From: Candidatus Latescibacterota bacterium
Lineage (GTDB): Bacteria > Latescibacterota > UBA2968 > SICM01
Length of the DNA: 64,000 nt
Direction: 5' to 3'
Assembly: GCA_965217865.1 (NCBI GenBank)
Contig: CBDCJO010000002.1
Coordinates: forward strand, 5,088,001 to 5,152,000
A program made the position numbers and the translations under genes. Under the pieces are notes generated by a model. That model saw nothing but the letters and a program-made list of their open reading frames with translations, made no database searches and was not told where the DNA came from. Within the stretch, counting starts at the first letter, position 1; each line of letters starts with the position of its first letter. This document shows positions 1 through 10,988 of the stretch, in pieces.

Positions 1-140
1 AGACAAGACGATCCACGGGGACACCGAAAAGAAAAGCAGAATACAGAATGCAGAATTCAGAAGGAAAACCGATTTATTTTATCCTCTATTGAATTCTGAC
101 TCCTGGATTCTATATTCCGGTGGAGAGGGGTGGATGGGTA

Positions 141-1322
141 TTATTCTTTCGCTTCGTAGACTATTTCACCCTGGAAAATGGTTGCCTCGATCTTCATCCG
201 CTTCAGCTCATCATCCCACCTTAAAAGGACCATGTCTGCGGATTTTCCGGAATCCAAACTACCTGTCTTCCCTTCGATCCCGAGGGCTCTCGCAGGGTTG
301 TAAGAGGCCATACGCACCGCTTGGGACAGGGGAATGTCGCAAAATCCGACCGCGTTCTGGACGCCGGAGTCGATCAAGAGACCTGCTCCGGCCAGGTATG
401 GGGTCCCGGCCAGAGATATTTTTCCTTCCGGGCTCAGATCCACTTCGCGGGGATCTTCAACACCGGAGATCGCTTCGCCATCATATCTTCCTGGGGGCAT
501 CCCGGCGAGGGCGACCGCATCGCTCACGAGTATGGATCTGTTCAGGCCCTTCGCCCGGACAAGGCATTTGACAACGGAAGGGGGGAGATGGTGGCCGTCG
601 GCCATAAAACCCATCCAGAGTTCGTCTCGGGATAACTGTTCCCATATATAGTTTGAATGGCGTGGAAGCATACTGTGGGAACCATTTCCCAGGTGGGTTG
701 ACATTCTCGCCCCGGCTTTTATCGCTGCGTCGATATGGGTCGGTTCCGCCGCCGTATGGCCGAGTGAAACGATCACGCCGCTTTCAACCACCTTTTCGAT
801 GAATCGGATTGCTCCTGACCGTTCAGGGGCAAGGGTGAGAATCCGGATTTTCCCCCCGGATGTCTCCTGCCACCGGCGAAACTCATCCCAATCCGGATCA
901 CGCACATATTGCAACATGTGCGCCCCCCGGGGCCCATCTTCGGATGAAATGTAAGGACCTTCTACGTGGATCCCCGGGATTGCCCCATCGACCTTCGAAT
1001 CCCGACAGGCTTCTCGAATCGCGGTCAAGGAACGTATCATCTGCTCCTGGGGCCCTGTAATGATTGTGGGGCAAAATCTGGTCGTACCGCTGGGATACAA
1101 TTTCCCCGGGATTTTTGCTATGATCTCTGGGGTGACCTTATTGCCGTTTACGTTGAGCCCTCCAACCCCATTGACCTGCAGGTCGATGAAGCCCGGAGCG
1201 ATGACCAGGTCGTCATCGCCCAGGTCTTCGCCTTGTCCCTGACCCACCTGTCCGATCATTCCGTGGTGGACTCCGATCGTAACGCTCCGAGTCTCTCCCA
1301 GAGGTTTTCCCCTGATCTGCAT
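141..1322 (-). CDS. nagA: N-acetylglucosamine-6-phosphate deacetylase
   Basis: PGFIDLQVNG, HVEGPYIS..GPRGAH, TLAPE, LGHT, THLGN, DGHH and LAGA motifs typical of NagA amidohydrolases. Confidence 0.9.
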   Translation of the reverse strand: MQIRGKPLGETRSVTIGVHHGMIGQVGQGQGEDLGDDDLVIAPGFIDLQVNGVGGLNVNGNKVTPEIIAKIPGKLYPSGTTRFCPTIITGPQEQMIRSLTAIREACRDSKVDGAIPGIHVEGPYISSEDGPRGAHMLQYVRDPDWDEFRRWQETSGGKIRILTLAPERSGAIRFIEKVVESGVIVSLGHTAAEPTHIDAAIKAGARMSTHLGNGSHSMLPRHSNYIWEQLSRDELWMGFMADGHHLPPSVVKCLVRAKGLNRSILVSDAVALAGMPPGRYDGEAISGVEDPREVDLSPEGKISLAGTPYLAGAGLLIDSGVQNAVGFCDIPLSQAVRMASYNPARALGIEGKTGSLDSGKSADMVLLRWDDELKRMKIEATIFQGEIVYEAKE

Positions 1323-1478
1323 CTAATCCTCTCGTGAATTTCAGATTCTGGATCGGAATCCGGATTCAAGTTCCTTCGAGATTCAGCCCAATAAGATTCG
1401 CGTTCAGTGTTCGGGAAGTTATCCCCCCAACATCCTTCGACCAGACTCTGCAAAGGGGTTCACACCCTCTGTTTGATT

Positions 1479-1570
1479 AATCTAGGGTGGTCCCATTCCT
1501 TTGTCAATACATGAAAAGGTAAGCCGGAGGGTTGATTTCCGTTGACAGGTTTTTCCTCAATCGTTATTTT
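1479..1570. promoter_or_regulatory. Divergent sigma70-type promoter pair between nagA and the oxidoreductase
   Basis: Minus strand TTGACA(1507-1502)-N17-TAGATT(1484-1479); plus strand TTGACA(1542-1547)-N17-TATTTT(1565-1570). Confidence 0.55.
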
Positions 1571-1661
1571 TGGTTTCGCGTCCGTCGAAAAACCGAGCGG
1601 TTTTTTGCGTAAACTTTTTGGGTGAATTGAGGATCAAAGCTGGAAAATCTGAGAACAGGAG

Positions 1662-2951
1662 ATGGATCTGCCTATGGCCGAAGGAACGATTAAAATTGCG
1701 CTTATAGGGGCGGGGATGTTCGGGGGGGATGTTCATCTGCGAACCTACGCGGATATGCAAAGGTCTGGACTCGCGGGTTCCCTTGCCCGCATCGGGTTGG
1801 ACGATTTCATCCGTGAGACGGCCCCTATAAAGGTTGAACTCGTGGCGGTAGCAACCCGTACAGAGGCATCCGCGCTCCGGGCCCAGGGGGATTTCGAAGC
1901 ATGGACGGGTCACAAACCCCAGGTATACCACGGTGAAACCCCCTGGGTGGATGTCCTGAAGGACTTTCCCGATCTGGATATTTTAGCGGTGGCAACTCCG
2001 GATCACCTTCACACCCCTATCGTTTTGGCGGGCCTGGAAAAAAGGGTCCATGCGATCACTGAAAAACCTATGTGTTTGGACATCGAGGAAGCCGATGCAA
2101 TGATCGACGCGGCGCGAAGCCAAGGCCTTGTGGTCGCGGTAGACATGCACAAACGATACGATCCGGACCATATCCGTATCCGACACGATATCGCGGACCG
2201 GATCGGACCGCCGGTATACGGATTCGCTTACCTCGAAGAGCCGCTGGAGGTTTCCACAAAGACCTTTAAGTGGGTTGAGTCGAGCGATCCTTTCAGCTAT
2301 GTCGGGCCCCACTGGACAGATCTATTCTATCACTACTATGGGTCAAAACCCGTATCCCTGACCGCTGTGGGGCAGAAGAAGCGGTTGATCCGCGACGGGA
2401 TCAACGCTTACGACGCCGTTCAAGTTCGAGTGGATTTCGAGAACGGGATGAGCGTCAACTTTATGAACAACTGGATCAACCCCGAGGATTTTGAGGGAAA
2501 TGTCAACCAGGGCCATGAAATCGTCGGCGCTGACGGAAAGGTTGAGTCCGATCAGCAGTACCGGGGTTTCCGGTTCTGGAGGGCCAAAGGGGGAAGTCGC
2601 ACGGCCAACAACCACTTCACCCGAAACGTACCCAGACCCGACGGGACGAACGGCTATATCGGCTATGGAGCAGACGGTTTGTTTGCCGGCGTACTTGCCG
2701 TTGCCCGCGTCAAATTCCTGGGAGCGACATTGGATGAACTGGCAGGAACCTACCCGACTGCGGAGGAGGGGCGGATTACGGTAGCCATCGTGCACGCGGC
2801 ACGCGTGGTGCGAGACCGAAATTTCACCTATTTGAAAGAAGGAAAATTCCCGGCTGTTTCCGCGGGTTTCGGGGAAGAAGGCATCACGATCATCGACCCT
2901 TACCAGAAACCTGATCGGGTCTTCGAGCGGATTTATCAGAAACCGATTTAA
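1662..2951 (+). CDS. Gfo/Idh/MocA family NAD(P)-dependent oxidoreductase
   Basis: KIALIGAGMFG Rossmann motif, VATPDHLH, EKP, KRYDP. Confidence 0.88.
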   Translation: MDLPMAEGTIKIALIGAGMFGGDVHLRTYADMQRSGLAGSLARIGLDDFIRETAPIKVELVAVATRTEASALRAQGDFEAWTGHKPQVYHGETPWVDVLKDFPDLDILAVATPDHLHTPIVLAGLEKRVHAITEKPMCLDIEEADAMIDAARSQGLVVAVDMHKRYDPDHIRIRHDIADRIGPPVYGFAYLEEPLEVSTKTFKWVESSDPFSYVGPHWTDLFYHYYGSKPVSLTAVGQKKRLIRDGINAYDAVQVRVDFENGMSVNFMNNWINPEDFEGNVNQGHEIVGADGKVESDQQYRGFRFWRAKGGSRTANNHFTRNVPRPDGTNGYIGYGADGLFAGVLAVARVKFLGATLDELAGTYPTAEEGRITVAIVHAARVVRDRNFTYLKEGKFPAVSAGFGEEGITIIDPYQKPDRVFERIYQKPI

Positions 2952-3156
2952 CAAAGTCCGTGGATCGTCGTACGTGGATCGGGGAACGAAAGTCCGAGGC
3001 ATGGGGTTTATGAATCGCGGTTCGCACATCCCCAAAGGGTTCTTGATTTCCTTATCTGAACAGTAAATTTGAGCATCGTTTGCAGAATATTGAGCGTATC
3101 ACCAATGAACGAATCACTGACCACGAACCACGAACGACAGCATTAGAGAGGGCCAT

Positions 3157-4542
3157 ATGACTCAGACCATAGACACCGTTTCACCTGTCAAACAAAAGAT
3201 TGACATCGTGACTGAACTTCCAGGTCCGAAGAGTGCAGCCCTCCAGCTTCTGTCCGGGGGTTATGAGCCCGACACCTTCGCCCACGGACAGGTCCCGTTC
3301 GGGTTTAAGCGGGGCAGCGGCGTCTTCGTCGAAGATGTGGATGGAAACACGTTCCTGGATTTTACTTCGGGTGTCCTGGTTGCCAATATCGGACACAGTC
3401 GATCACGTGTAATGAAACGGATCGAAAAGATGGCCCAAAACGGGGAGATCACAAATATTTACAATTTTCTGAATCCCTATCGCCCAGCACTAGCGCGCCT
3501 CCTGATAGAAACCGTCCCGGATTATTGTACAGACCTTAAAGTGGGAAAGGCTTTTATTCTAACGACAGGCTCGGAGACCATAGAATGGGCAATGGGTATG
3601 GCCATCAAGCACCAGGGGGTGGCCGGGAATCCTGAAAAGAAGAAAATCGTCGCGTTTGACGGGGCGTTTCACGGCCGTACGGCCGGGGCTCGACATGCAG
3701 GAGGCATCGGGGAGGTGACGTCGGGTTACGGGCTCGATATACCCGATTTCGTGCATATTCCATTCCCGGATCTTTACCGGCCGGCAAAGCAACCGGATGA
3801 TCGTCCCTACACGCTTCAGGATTACATCGACGCGATCGAGCGGATCGACCCCGACCCCGTAGCGGCCGTTCTGTTCGAAACCTATCAGGGTACTGCGGGT
3901 TCCCGCATCTTTCCAGCAGAATACTTAAAGGCCCTGGCCGCATGGGTCAATCGCAACAACATCCTTCTCCTTGTGGATGAAGTACAGGCATCTTTCGGTC
4001 GAACGGGAAAGTTCTACGGGTTTGAGCACTACGGTCTCCAGCCGGACATTCTTTGCCTGGGTAAGGGAATCAGCGGCTCGGTACCCCTCGCAGCCATCAT
4101 CGCCCGGAGAGACATCGTGGCCTCGCAGGGTGGGATGTCCAGCACCTGGGGGGGAAACATTTTGAGTTCTGCGGTCGCACTGGAGACGATCAAGATCCTG
4201 ATCGAGGAGAATGTGGTGGAAAATGCCGCTAATGTGGGGAATTTCATGATTCGCCGGTTTCACGATATGGTCGAAAGGCATCCCACCATGGGAGATTCCC
4301 GTCAAATGGGTCTGGTTGGAGCCCTGGATATCGTGACAGACAAGGCATCCAAGGCCCCGAACCCCAGGGTGGCGGAGGAGGTTGTCAAGGGGTGCTACCA
4401 GAAAGGCCTCCTGCTGATTGAGCCGATTGGATTGGGACGTAACGTCATCCGAATCGCGCCGCCTCTGATCATTACCGAAGAACAGGCCGAGAATGGGATG
4501 GATATCATCGATGGGGTGTTATCGGAGGTTGAGGGGGGATGA
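3157..4542 (+). CDS. Class III PLP aminotransferase (4-aminobutyrate aminotransferase-like)
   Basis: DVDGNTFLDF, TGSET, AFHGRT, DEVQASFGRTG, PDILCLGKGI, STWGGN, IRIAPPL. Confidence 0.9.
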   Translation: MTQTIDTVSPVKQKIDIVTELPGPKSAALQLLSGGYEPDTFAHGQVPFGFKRGSGVFVEDVDGNTFLDFTSGVLVANIGHSRSRVMKRIEKMAQNGEITNIYNFLNPYRPALARLLIETVPDYCTDLKVGKAFILTTGSETIEWAMGMAIKHQGVAGNPEKKKIVAFDGAFHGRTAGARHAGGIGEVTSGYGLDIPDFVHIPFPDLYRPAKQPDDRPYTLQDYIDAIERIDPDPVAAVLFETYQGTAGSRIFPAEYLKALAAWVNRNNILLLVDEVQASFGRTGKFYGFEHYGLQPDILCLGKGISGSVPLAAIIARRDIVASQGGMSSTWGGNILSSAVALETIKILIEENVVENAANVGNFMIRRFHDMVERHPTMGDSRQMGLVGALDIVTDKASKAPNPRVAEEVVKGCYQKGLLLIEPIGLGRNVIRIAPPLIITEEQAENGMDIIDGVLSEVEGG

Positions 4543-4686
4543 GGCAGTAGGGAGGGTCGATGGTTGGATCGTTGGTCAGGATTACAGATCTAAATCGGTT
4601 GATTATTCGGTGACTGATTTTCGGCGATTTATGGAAGTGAGCCAGAGGAATCGAACGAGCCGTGGGCCATCCGTATGAGGTCCAAA

Positions 4687-4884
4687 TTAAGAACCTGAAT
4701 TCCCTTGAAAGGGTTTGACAGTCGCGATGGCGATCGCGAAAAGAGAGCAAGCCATCGACAGTTGAAAGAACCCCTCTGCGACAACGTTCATCAGGGGCTG
4801 ATTGAGTAGATTCAGACCCTGCAGTCCCCCCAGGAGTAGAGCAATTGCAGAAACTGCCATTAGAATCAGGCCAATTGTATTCAT
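4687..4884 (-). CDS. Small two-helix membrane protein
   Basis: 65 aa with two hydrophobic segments; GGAGGGAGGG ribosome-binding site upstream. Confidence 0.65.
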   Translation of the reverse strand: MNTIGLILMAVSAIALLLGGLQGLNLLNQPLMNVVAEGFFQLSMACSLFAIAIATVKPFQGNSGS

Positions 4885-4960
4885 GTGGATCCCTCCCTCC
4901 GGTAAGTTGGCATTTGGGCTGTCGTTCCTCTGGGCTCACGTTCCATAAAGCTTAATATAC

Positions 4961-6376
4961 TTAACTTAAGTTGAAACAGACAAGCTTTAACTCCGTCATC
5001 TCCTCAACGGCATAGCGCGGGCCTTCTTTGCCGAAACCACTCTCTTTAAGACCGCCGTATGGCATCAGATCCGCCCGCCACATCGGACCCCAGTTGATCA
5101 TCAGATTGCCGGAGTCGACCTCTCGAGCGAATTTCATCGCCCAATCGATATTCTCGGTGAAGATTCCAGCGCTGAGGCCATAATTGGAATCATTGGCCGA
5201 AGCAATGGCCTCGTCGATATCGTTAAAGGGGGTCACGGCCACCGCCGGTCCGAAGAGTTCGTCGCAGGAAATTCGCATCTTAGGGTCCACATCGGCGATG
5301 ATGGTGGGCTGGTGGAAGGCCCCATCCCTTTCCCCACCGGCCAGTACGCGCCCCCCCTCAGAAACCGCCTCCCCGACCCACTCATTCACCCGGATAGCGT
5401 CGCTCTCACGGATCATCGGTCCCATCTTGATCTTTTCATCGAGGGGATTTCCGCTCGTGATGGATTCCACACTGGGTACCAGGGCGTCCAGAAAGTCCCC
5501 ATAGATTTTTTCGTTCGTGAGGATCCGTTGTGCGGAGATACACACCTGCCCGGCGTTTGCATAACCTGTCGTGGTAACGGCTTCGACGACTTTCGATATA
5601 TCTGCGTCGGGCATGATGATAACCGGGGCGTTGGATCCCAGCTCCATCGTAACCTTTTTCAGGCCGGCGGCGTGGCAGATGTGCTCTCCCACATCCCGGC
5701 TGCCTGTAAAGGTGATTTTTCGTGCCCGCCGGTCTGAGCACAGGGCATCGCCGATTTCTCCGCCCGATCCAGTCACACACTGAAGGGCCTCAGGGGGGAT
5801 TCCCGCCTCCAGCAGCAACTCGGTTACCTTAATGCCGGAGAGTGGGGTGTCGGTGGCGGGTTTGAGGACCACCGAGTTTCCTCCCGCCAAGGCGGGGCCA
5901 ACCTTGTGGCAGACCAGATTCAGGGGGAAGTTGAAGGGAGTGATGGCAATGACCACCCCGCAGGGAACCCGCATCGTAAAACCGAACCGCGTGCTCCCCC
6001 CCGGTGCGCCGTCCATCGGTACGGTTTCGCCGTGGAGCCGCTTGGCCTCTTCCCCGGAGAGCATCAGGGTTTGGACACCACGAGCCACTTCGACGCGGGC
6101 TTCGGTGATGACCTTACCCTCCTCTAAAGAGATCGTGCGTGCGAAGTCCTCGGTGCGCTCCTCGAGCAGATCCGAGGCCTTCTTGAGGATCTGATATCGG
6201 TCATAACCCGGCATGGCCGCCATGACCTTGGCCCCACGCGTGGAGCTTTCCAGGGCAGCATCTATATCTTCAAGGTCTCCCTTGGGAACGGTATCGATGA
6301 CGCTTCCATCGAAGGGATTGATGACATCGATCCTTTGTGTTTTTTCGATCCATCGGCCCCCGATATACATCTTCAT
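4961..6376 (-). CDS. Aldehyde dehydrogenase family protein
   Basis: ITPFNFPLNL, KPA, FTGS, MELGSN, GQVCIS, ELFGP, PYGGLKESG; start moved to MKMYIGG at 6376 (AGGAG RBS). Confidence 0.93.
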   Translation of the reverse strand: MKMYIGGRWIEKTQRIDVINPFDGSVIDTVPKGDLEDIDAALESSTRGAKVMAAMPGYDRYQILKKASDLLEERTEDFARTISLEEGKVITEARVEVARGVQTLMLSGEEAKRLHGETVPMDGAPGGSTRFGFTMRVPCGVVIAITPFNFPLNLVCHKVGPALAGGNSVVLKPATDTPLSGIKVTELLLEAGIPPEALQCVTGSGGEIGDALCSDRRARKITFTGSRDVGEHICHAAGLKKVTMELGSNAPVIIMPDADISKVVEAVTTTGYANAGQVCISAQRILTNEKIYGDFLDALVPSVESITSGNPLDEKIKMGPMIRESDAIRVNEWVGEAVSEGGRVLAGGERDGAFHQPTIIADVDPKMRISCDELFGPAVAVTPFNDIDEAIASANDSNYGLSAGIFTENIDWAMKFAREVDSGNLMINWGPMWRADLMPYGGLKESGFGKEGPRYAVEEMTELKLVCFNLS

Positions 6377-6484
6377 ATCGGATCTCCTGATGTGTGAACA
6401 AGGGTAAGCACCGACCCAAAAATACCGTCTAGAGGGGCAGTTTACGAACAAATGGGGCCAGAGTCAAGGAAAAAGGCCGCTGAA

Positions 6485-7156
6485 TCAGGGACTGCGGTCC
6501 GAGGTTCCAAGGACCAGGGAGACAGCAAGCCAACCCCCGACCGGCAATATGTTGGACACCAGTTCGGGATGACGGGCAACTGTTAGATTGTAGTTCTGGA
6601 TTCCCTTCCTGCCATCACCGTCTTCGAGGGCCTCGTGGACGTGACCGTGGCCGTTTGCGTTGTCTGCGATGATCAGCCCCCCTGCACGGGTGTGCCCCAT
6701 CGCGAAGTCCAGATAAGACGGATAGTTCTGTTTGTCGGCATCGATAAAGACCAGATCGAACGGCGCATCATGAGCGACACTTGCCAAGTGGTCCGTCGCC
6801 GGTCCCACGAGTATCCGGGATTTGTGAGCTATGCCTGCGGTTTCATAATTTTTCGTGGCGATCGCGGCATATCCCGGGTCGATCTCCAGGGAGATAAATT
6901 TTCCGTCATCTGGCAGGGCTCGGGCAAGCCAGATTCCCGAGTAACCCGCAAGTGCTCCAAATTCGAGGATCTTCCGAGCATTGATGAGCTTTGCCAGGAG
7001 AAACAGGGTCTTTCCGGATTCCGGGCTCACCGAGATATCGGGCAAACCCCGAGCAACGGCGGCGGGCATTATCCCCTTAAGGAGGTCATCTTCGGGGGCA
7101 AAGACTTCACGCCGGTAGGTGTCCAGGTCGGGAAAATTGGGAGGCATTTGAATCAT
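6485..7156 (-). CDS. O-methyltransferase (caffeoyl-CoA/YrrM-like)
   Basis: ILEFGALAGYSGIWLA, FDLVFIDADKQNY, IIADN; ATGA overlap with the ndh stop gives start 7156. Confidence 0.88.
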   Translation of the reverse strand: MIQMPPNFPDLDTYRREVFAPEDDLLKGIMPAAVARGLPDISVSPESGKTLFLLAKLINARKILEFGALAGYSGIWLARALPDDGKFISLEIDPGYAAIATKNYETAGIAHKSRILVGPATDHLASVAHDAPFDLVFIDADKQNYPSYLDFAMGHTRAGGLIIADNANGHGHVHEALEDGDGRKGIQNYNLTVARHPELVSNILPVGGWLAVSLVLGTSDRSP

Positions 7157-8490
7157 TCCTCCTGCGCGCCCCTGTTTTTGCCCCGGGGTTGGACGAGGGG
7201 AAAGGGATCTCCTCCAGTGATCAGCCTGGCGCCGCGTTTTCGAGTGAAATAGTTCCATGCCCACTGGAAAAGGACGAGCAATTTGTTGTCGTATTCGATC
7301 AGGTACGCGATATGCACGAAAAGCCATATCAACCACGCGGGAAATCCACTAAATCTGAGAGATCCGAAGTCCGCGACTCCCGAGTGTCTGCCGATTACCG
7401 CAAGGCTCCCTCTGTTCCGGTAACGAAAAGGGGGCAGGTTCTTTTTTTCGAGCCGAAGCCCGATCAGGTCCGCCACATATCTTCCCTGCTGCATGGCCAC
7501 CGGAGCCACTCCGGGGAGTGGATTCCCGTTCTGGTGTGAAAAATTCGCAAGATCGCCGATCACGAAGATTCCCGGATGACCCGGTAATGTGAGATCGGGT
7601 CCAACCATCACCCGTCCGGATCGATCCAGCTCAACGCCCGTCTTTCGAGAGAGGATCTCTCCCAAACCCGAGGCCTTCGTCCCCGCGGCCCACAACAGGG
7701 TCCGGGCTTTTAACCTTTCGGTGCGAGACTTCCTGCTTATTGTTACGGCGTTTCCCCGAATGTCCGTTACCTGAGCCTCCGTCCACACCTTTACTCCCAG
7801 GCGGGAAAGGGAGACCTCCGCCTTTGCGGAAAGTTCTGGTGGATACTGGGGTAAGATCCGGGGCCCACCCTCCAGCAATACGACAACCGCGTCGGTCGAG
7901 TCGATGTTACGAAAATCGTTTTTGAGGGTGGTGTGGGCGAGTTCGCCGATTGCCCCGGCCAATTCTACTCCGGTGGGCCCTGCCCCAATCACCACAAAGG
8001 TCATCCATTCCCGGCGTTTTTGCGAATCGGACTCGCGTTCAGCAGCTTCAAAGCCAAGGAAAATTCGCCGACGTATTTCCAGGGCATCTTCAACGGTCTT
8101 AAGCCCCGGAGAAACGGACGCCCAATTATCGTGGCCGAAATAATGGTGGCTTCCCCCGGTGGCGACGACCAGAGTATCGTAGGTCAACTCCCCGTCACGA
8201 AGCACGATCCTTCTTTGAACCGGGTCGATGTCGGTGACTTCGGCTTTTAATACCCGGGTGTTTCGGGATCGGTTCAATACCCCCCGAAGGGGAGACGCGA
8301 TATCCCCGGGAGAGAGCCCCCCGGTGGCGACCTGGTAGAGAAGGGGTTGAAACAGGTGAAAATTGCGTTTGTCCAAGAGGGTGACGGTCACCGGCGTCCG
8401 CCGCAGCGATTTGGCGGCATACAAACCACCAAACCCCCCTCCGACGATCACGACGTGCTGGGTATTGGTCTGAGTTCCCATTTCGATCAA
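7153..8490 (-). CDS. ndh: Type II NADH dehydrogenase (FAD-dependent)
   Basis: VVIVGGGFGG, FQPLLYQVATG, IGAGPTGVELAG, IGD, PGVAPVAMQQG, WLFVHI. Confidence 0.92.
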   Translation of the reverse strand: MIEMGTQTNTQHVVIVGGGFGGLYAAKSLRRTPVTVTLLDKRNFHLFQPLLYQVATGGLSPGDIASPLRGVLNRSRNTRVLKAEVTDIDPVQRRIVLRDGELTYDTLVVATGGSHHYFGHDNWASVSPGLKTVEDALEIRRRIFLGFEAAERESDSQKRREWMTFVVIGAGPTGVELAGAIGELAHTTLKNDFRNIDSTDAVVVLLEGGPRILPQYPPELSAKAEVSLSRLGVKVWTEAQVTDIRGNAVTISRKSRTERLKARTLLWAAGTKASGLGEILSRKTGVELDRSGRVMVGPDLTLPGHPGIFVIGDLANFSHQNGNPLPGVAPVAMQQGRYVADLIGLRLEKKNLPPFRYRNRGSLAVIGRHSGVADFGSLRFSGFPAWLIWLFVHIAYLIEYDNKLLVLFQWAWNYFTRKRGARLITGGDPFPLVQPRGKNRGAQEE

Positions 8491-9230
8491 AGACCCGGAT
8501 TCCGTCCCCCGAAGATCGCCTGACCGGCTTTCATCCAGAATAGATCGATTTCCACAAAACCCGCCTGTTCCATCCAGCGGAGTTGCTCAAACAGGCCGGA
8601 CATCTTGTCGATCGGGTCTGAAAACCGATAGGCGTTCCATTTTCCCCTTTGAAAGATCTCAAAGGCCCTGGTGTTTCCGTCGATCTCGAGTGAACGCCTC
8701 CTCACGGCCTCGTCCCAGGCTTTCGCAGCGACCGCCACGCCTGGCCCGAAGACGGGTTGGATGACATCGGCGATTAGGAAGGCACCGTCGGGTACCAGGA
8801 GGTTCCGGATATCGCGGAAAAGGGACTGCTTCTGAGAACTGTCGAGGTGGTGAATCGCAAGAGAAGAGACGGCGTAATGGATCTGCGCATCCGGATGCCG
8901 CCATGCCCGTAAGGCGAGGTCGCTTTGTTCCGCAGAGAAGCGATCGCCGAATCGAACCAGGTTTGCCACCGCCCGTTTCAGCATCTCCGGGGACACATCC
9001 ACACCGTGTACCACGCAACCCGGAAACCGTTCCAGCAACGCTCCCGCAAGCACGCCTTCACCGCAACCGAGATCGAGGAGGTGAAAAGGGGGATCGACGG
9101 GCGTAATCAGATCGCACAGGATTTCGATCTGAACTTCCCGGTCAGGCACGAAATAAACCCCGCAATCGAGGAATATCCGGGTATCCTCCTCATCCCATCC
9201 GGCCTTCCTGTCGTCTGGTCGCGGGTCCAT
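8487..9230 (-). CDS. Class I SAM-dependent methyltransferase
   Basis: LLDLGCGEG, DVSPEML, SSLAIHHL; start uncertain (9230 or 9287). Confidence 0.85.
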   Translation of the reverse strand: MDPRPDDRKAGWDEEDTRIFLDCGVYFVPDREVQIEILCDLITPVDPPFHLLDLGCGEGVLAGALLERFPGCVVHGVDVSPEMLKRAVANLVRFGDRFSAEQSDLALRAWRHPDAQIHYAVSSLAIHHLDSSQKQSLFRDIRNLLVPDGAFLIADVIQPVFGPGVAVAAKAWDEAVRRRSLEIDGNTRAFEIFQRGKWNAYRFSDPIDKMSGLFEQLRWMEQAGFVEIDLFWMKAGQAIFGGRNPGL

Positions 9231-9237
9231 TGGATCC

Positions 9238-10977
9238 CTATCTTCCCATGGCGTATCCGATATTGCCTTTGGGCGAGACGGCTCCACAGATCAGGCCGAT
9301 TTTCGGTTCGAACGTAATGGCCATCACCTTTCCGTGGACCCAATCGTCGGCAACAGCAAGATCGTGTCCCCGCCGCCGCAGCTCATCGCGGACCCCTTCT
9401 GCGATCCGGCCCTCCACCCGGACACGCCCGGGCAGGGATCCGTGTGGATAAAAAGAACTGGGAAAGTGGTTGGTGTTGAAACTCGGGGCGTCCAGGGCTT
9501 CCTGCAGGTCCATCCCGAAGTCGATCACGTTCAGGAAGAATTGAAGCGTCCACTGGTCCTGCTGATCCCCTCCCGGGGTTCCGAAGACCATGTAGGGGTT
9601 CCCGTGTTTCGTCGCCAGGGATGGAGTGAGGGTCGTCCTCGGACGTTTCCTGGGCTGAAGGGCGTTGGGGTGTTTGGGATCCAGGTAGAACATCTGTCCC
9701 CGGGTACCAAGGGGGAAGCCCAGCCCCTCCACGACGGGAGAGGAGGGGATCCAGCCGCCGCTCGGGGTGGCCGCCATCATGTTACCCTCCGCGTCGATTG
9801 CATCACAATGTGTGGTGTCGCCTGTATAGACGGTCGGATCCCCCTCGACGACCTTGGGGATCGTGGACGGCGCATCGCCGGGACGAAGTTCCATCGAGGC
9901 CCTCTCCGGGTCGATCTGGGAACGACGCCGGTCCGCATATTCCTTCGAAAGGAGTTTTTCCAACGGCACGGTCACGAAGTCCGGGTCTCCGTAATAGTGC
10001 TCCCGGTCTGCGAATGCGAGCTTGGCTGCCTCGACACAGGTATGGATGTAATCCGCAGAGTTGTGTTCCATGGCCCCCAGATTGTAACCCTCGAGAATTC
10101 TCAACTGTTGGAGAAAGACGGCACCCTGAGTCCAGGTGTTGCATTTGTGAACGCGGATGCCTCTGTAATCGGACCCAATCGGGGCTTCGAGCTTTGTCGT
10201 ATAGGCTGCGAAGTCGTCCAGATCCAACAGCCCCCGGTTGGTTTTTCCCGAAGCATCGAGCACCTCCGTGTTCCTCGAGAAGGTCACGATCGTTTCCGCG
10301 ATCTCCCCTCTGTAGAAATAGGATATCGCCTCATCGATGGCATCTGCCCGCCCTTTTGATCGATTTCGAATCTCGACATCCACGACCTTTTTAAAGGTGT
10401 TTGCCCAATCCGGATTCCTGAAAATATCCCCTACTTCGGGGGCAGAACCGTTCGGGAGATAGACCCTGGCGGAGGAAGGCCATTTCGTTTCAAACTTTTT
10501 GGAAAGGTTCGCGATCGCTTTTTGAAGACCCTCATAGAGTGGAAACCCTTCCTCCATAAGTTCGATCGAGGGTTCCAGGACATCCTGCAGGGTCAGCTTC
10601 CCAAAATGCCTAAGACCGGTTGCCCAGGACCCGAACGCACCCGGCACGGTGGCAGGAAGGAAACCATCGCCGGGGATGACTTCGATTTCCTGCGATCTGA
10701 ACCAGTCGATTGTCGCCGCCCGGGGGGCGTATCCCTGCCCGTTCACAGCGAAGGTACGGTTTTGTTTGGCGTCGTAGATCAGGATCGGGACTTCGCCTCC
10801 GATGCCGTTTGATTGGGGTTCGAGTACGTTGCACGCAAAGCCTGCGGCCACACAGGCATCGATGGCGTTTCCCCCCTTTTCAAACATGCGAAATCCCGCG
10901 GCAGAGGCCAGATAGTGTCCTCCGGTAACCACCCCGTGGACGCCCATGATGACGGGTCGCGTCGTAAATCCGGCCAT
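9238..10977 (-). CDS. ggt: Gamma-glutamyltransferase family protein
   Basis: GGNAIDA, GIGG, ATVPG, DTTH autocleavage Thr, PRTTLTPS, GTPGGDQQ. Confidence 0.9.
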   Translation of the reverse strand: MAGFTTRPVIMGVHGVVTGGHYLASAAGFRMFEKGGNAIDACVAAGFACNVLEPQSNGIGGEVPILIYDAKQNRTFAVNGQGYAPRAATIDWFRSQEIEVIPGDGFLPATVPGAFGSWATGLRHFGKLTLQDVLEPSIELMEEGFPLYEGLQKAIANLSKKFETKWPSSARVYLPNGSAPEVGDIFRNPDWANTFKKVVDVEIRNRSKGRADAIDEAISYFYRGEIAETIVTFSRNTEVLDASGKTNRGLLDLDDFAAYTTKLEAPIGSDYRGIRVHKCNTWTQGAVFLQQLRILEGYNLGAMEHNSADYIHTCVEAAKLAFADREHYYGDPDFVTVPLEKLLSKEYADRRRSQIDPERASMELRPGDAPSTIPKVVEGDPTVYTGDTTHCDAIDAEGNMMAATPSGGWIPSSPVVEGLGFPLGTRGQMFYLDPKHPNALQPRKRPRTTLTPSLATKHGNPYMVFGTPGGDQQDQWTLQFFLNVIDFGMDLQEALDAPSFNTNHFPSSFYPHGSLPGRVRVEGRIAEGVRDELRRRGHDLAVADDWVHGKVMAITFEPKIGLICGAVSPKGNIGYAMGR

Positions 10978-10988
10978 TCGGACCCTCT

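Noticed and set aside
9334-10359. Long antisense ORFs (also 21914-22933, 33710-34732, 36854-37948, 42728-43753, 45390-46322)
   Set aside because: Shadow frames opposite well-supported genes, expected in GC-rich DNA
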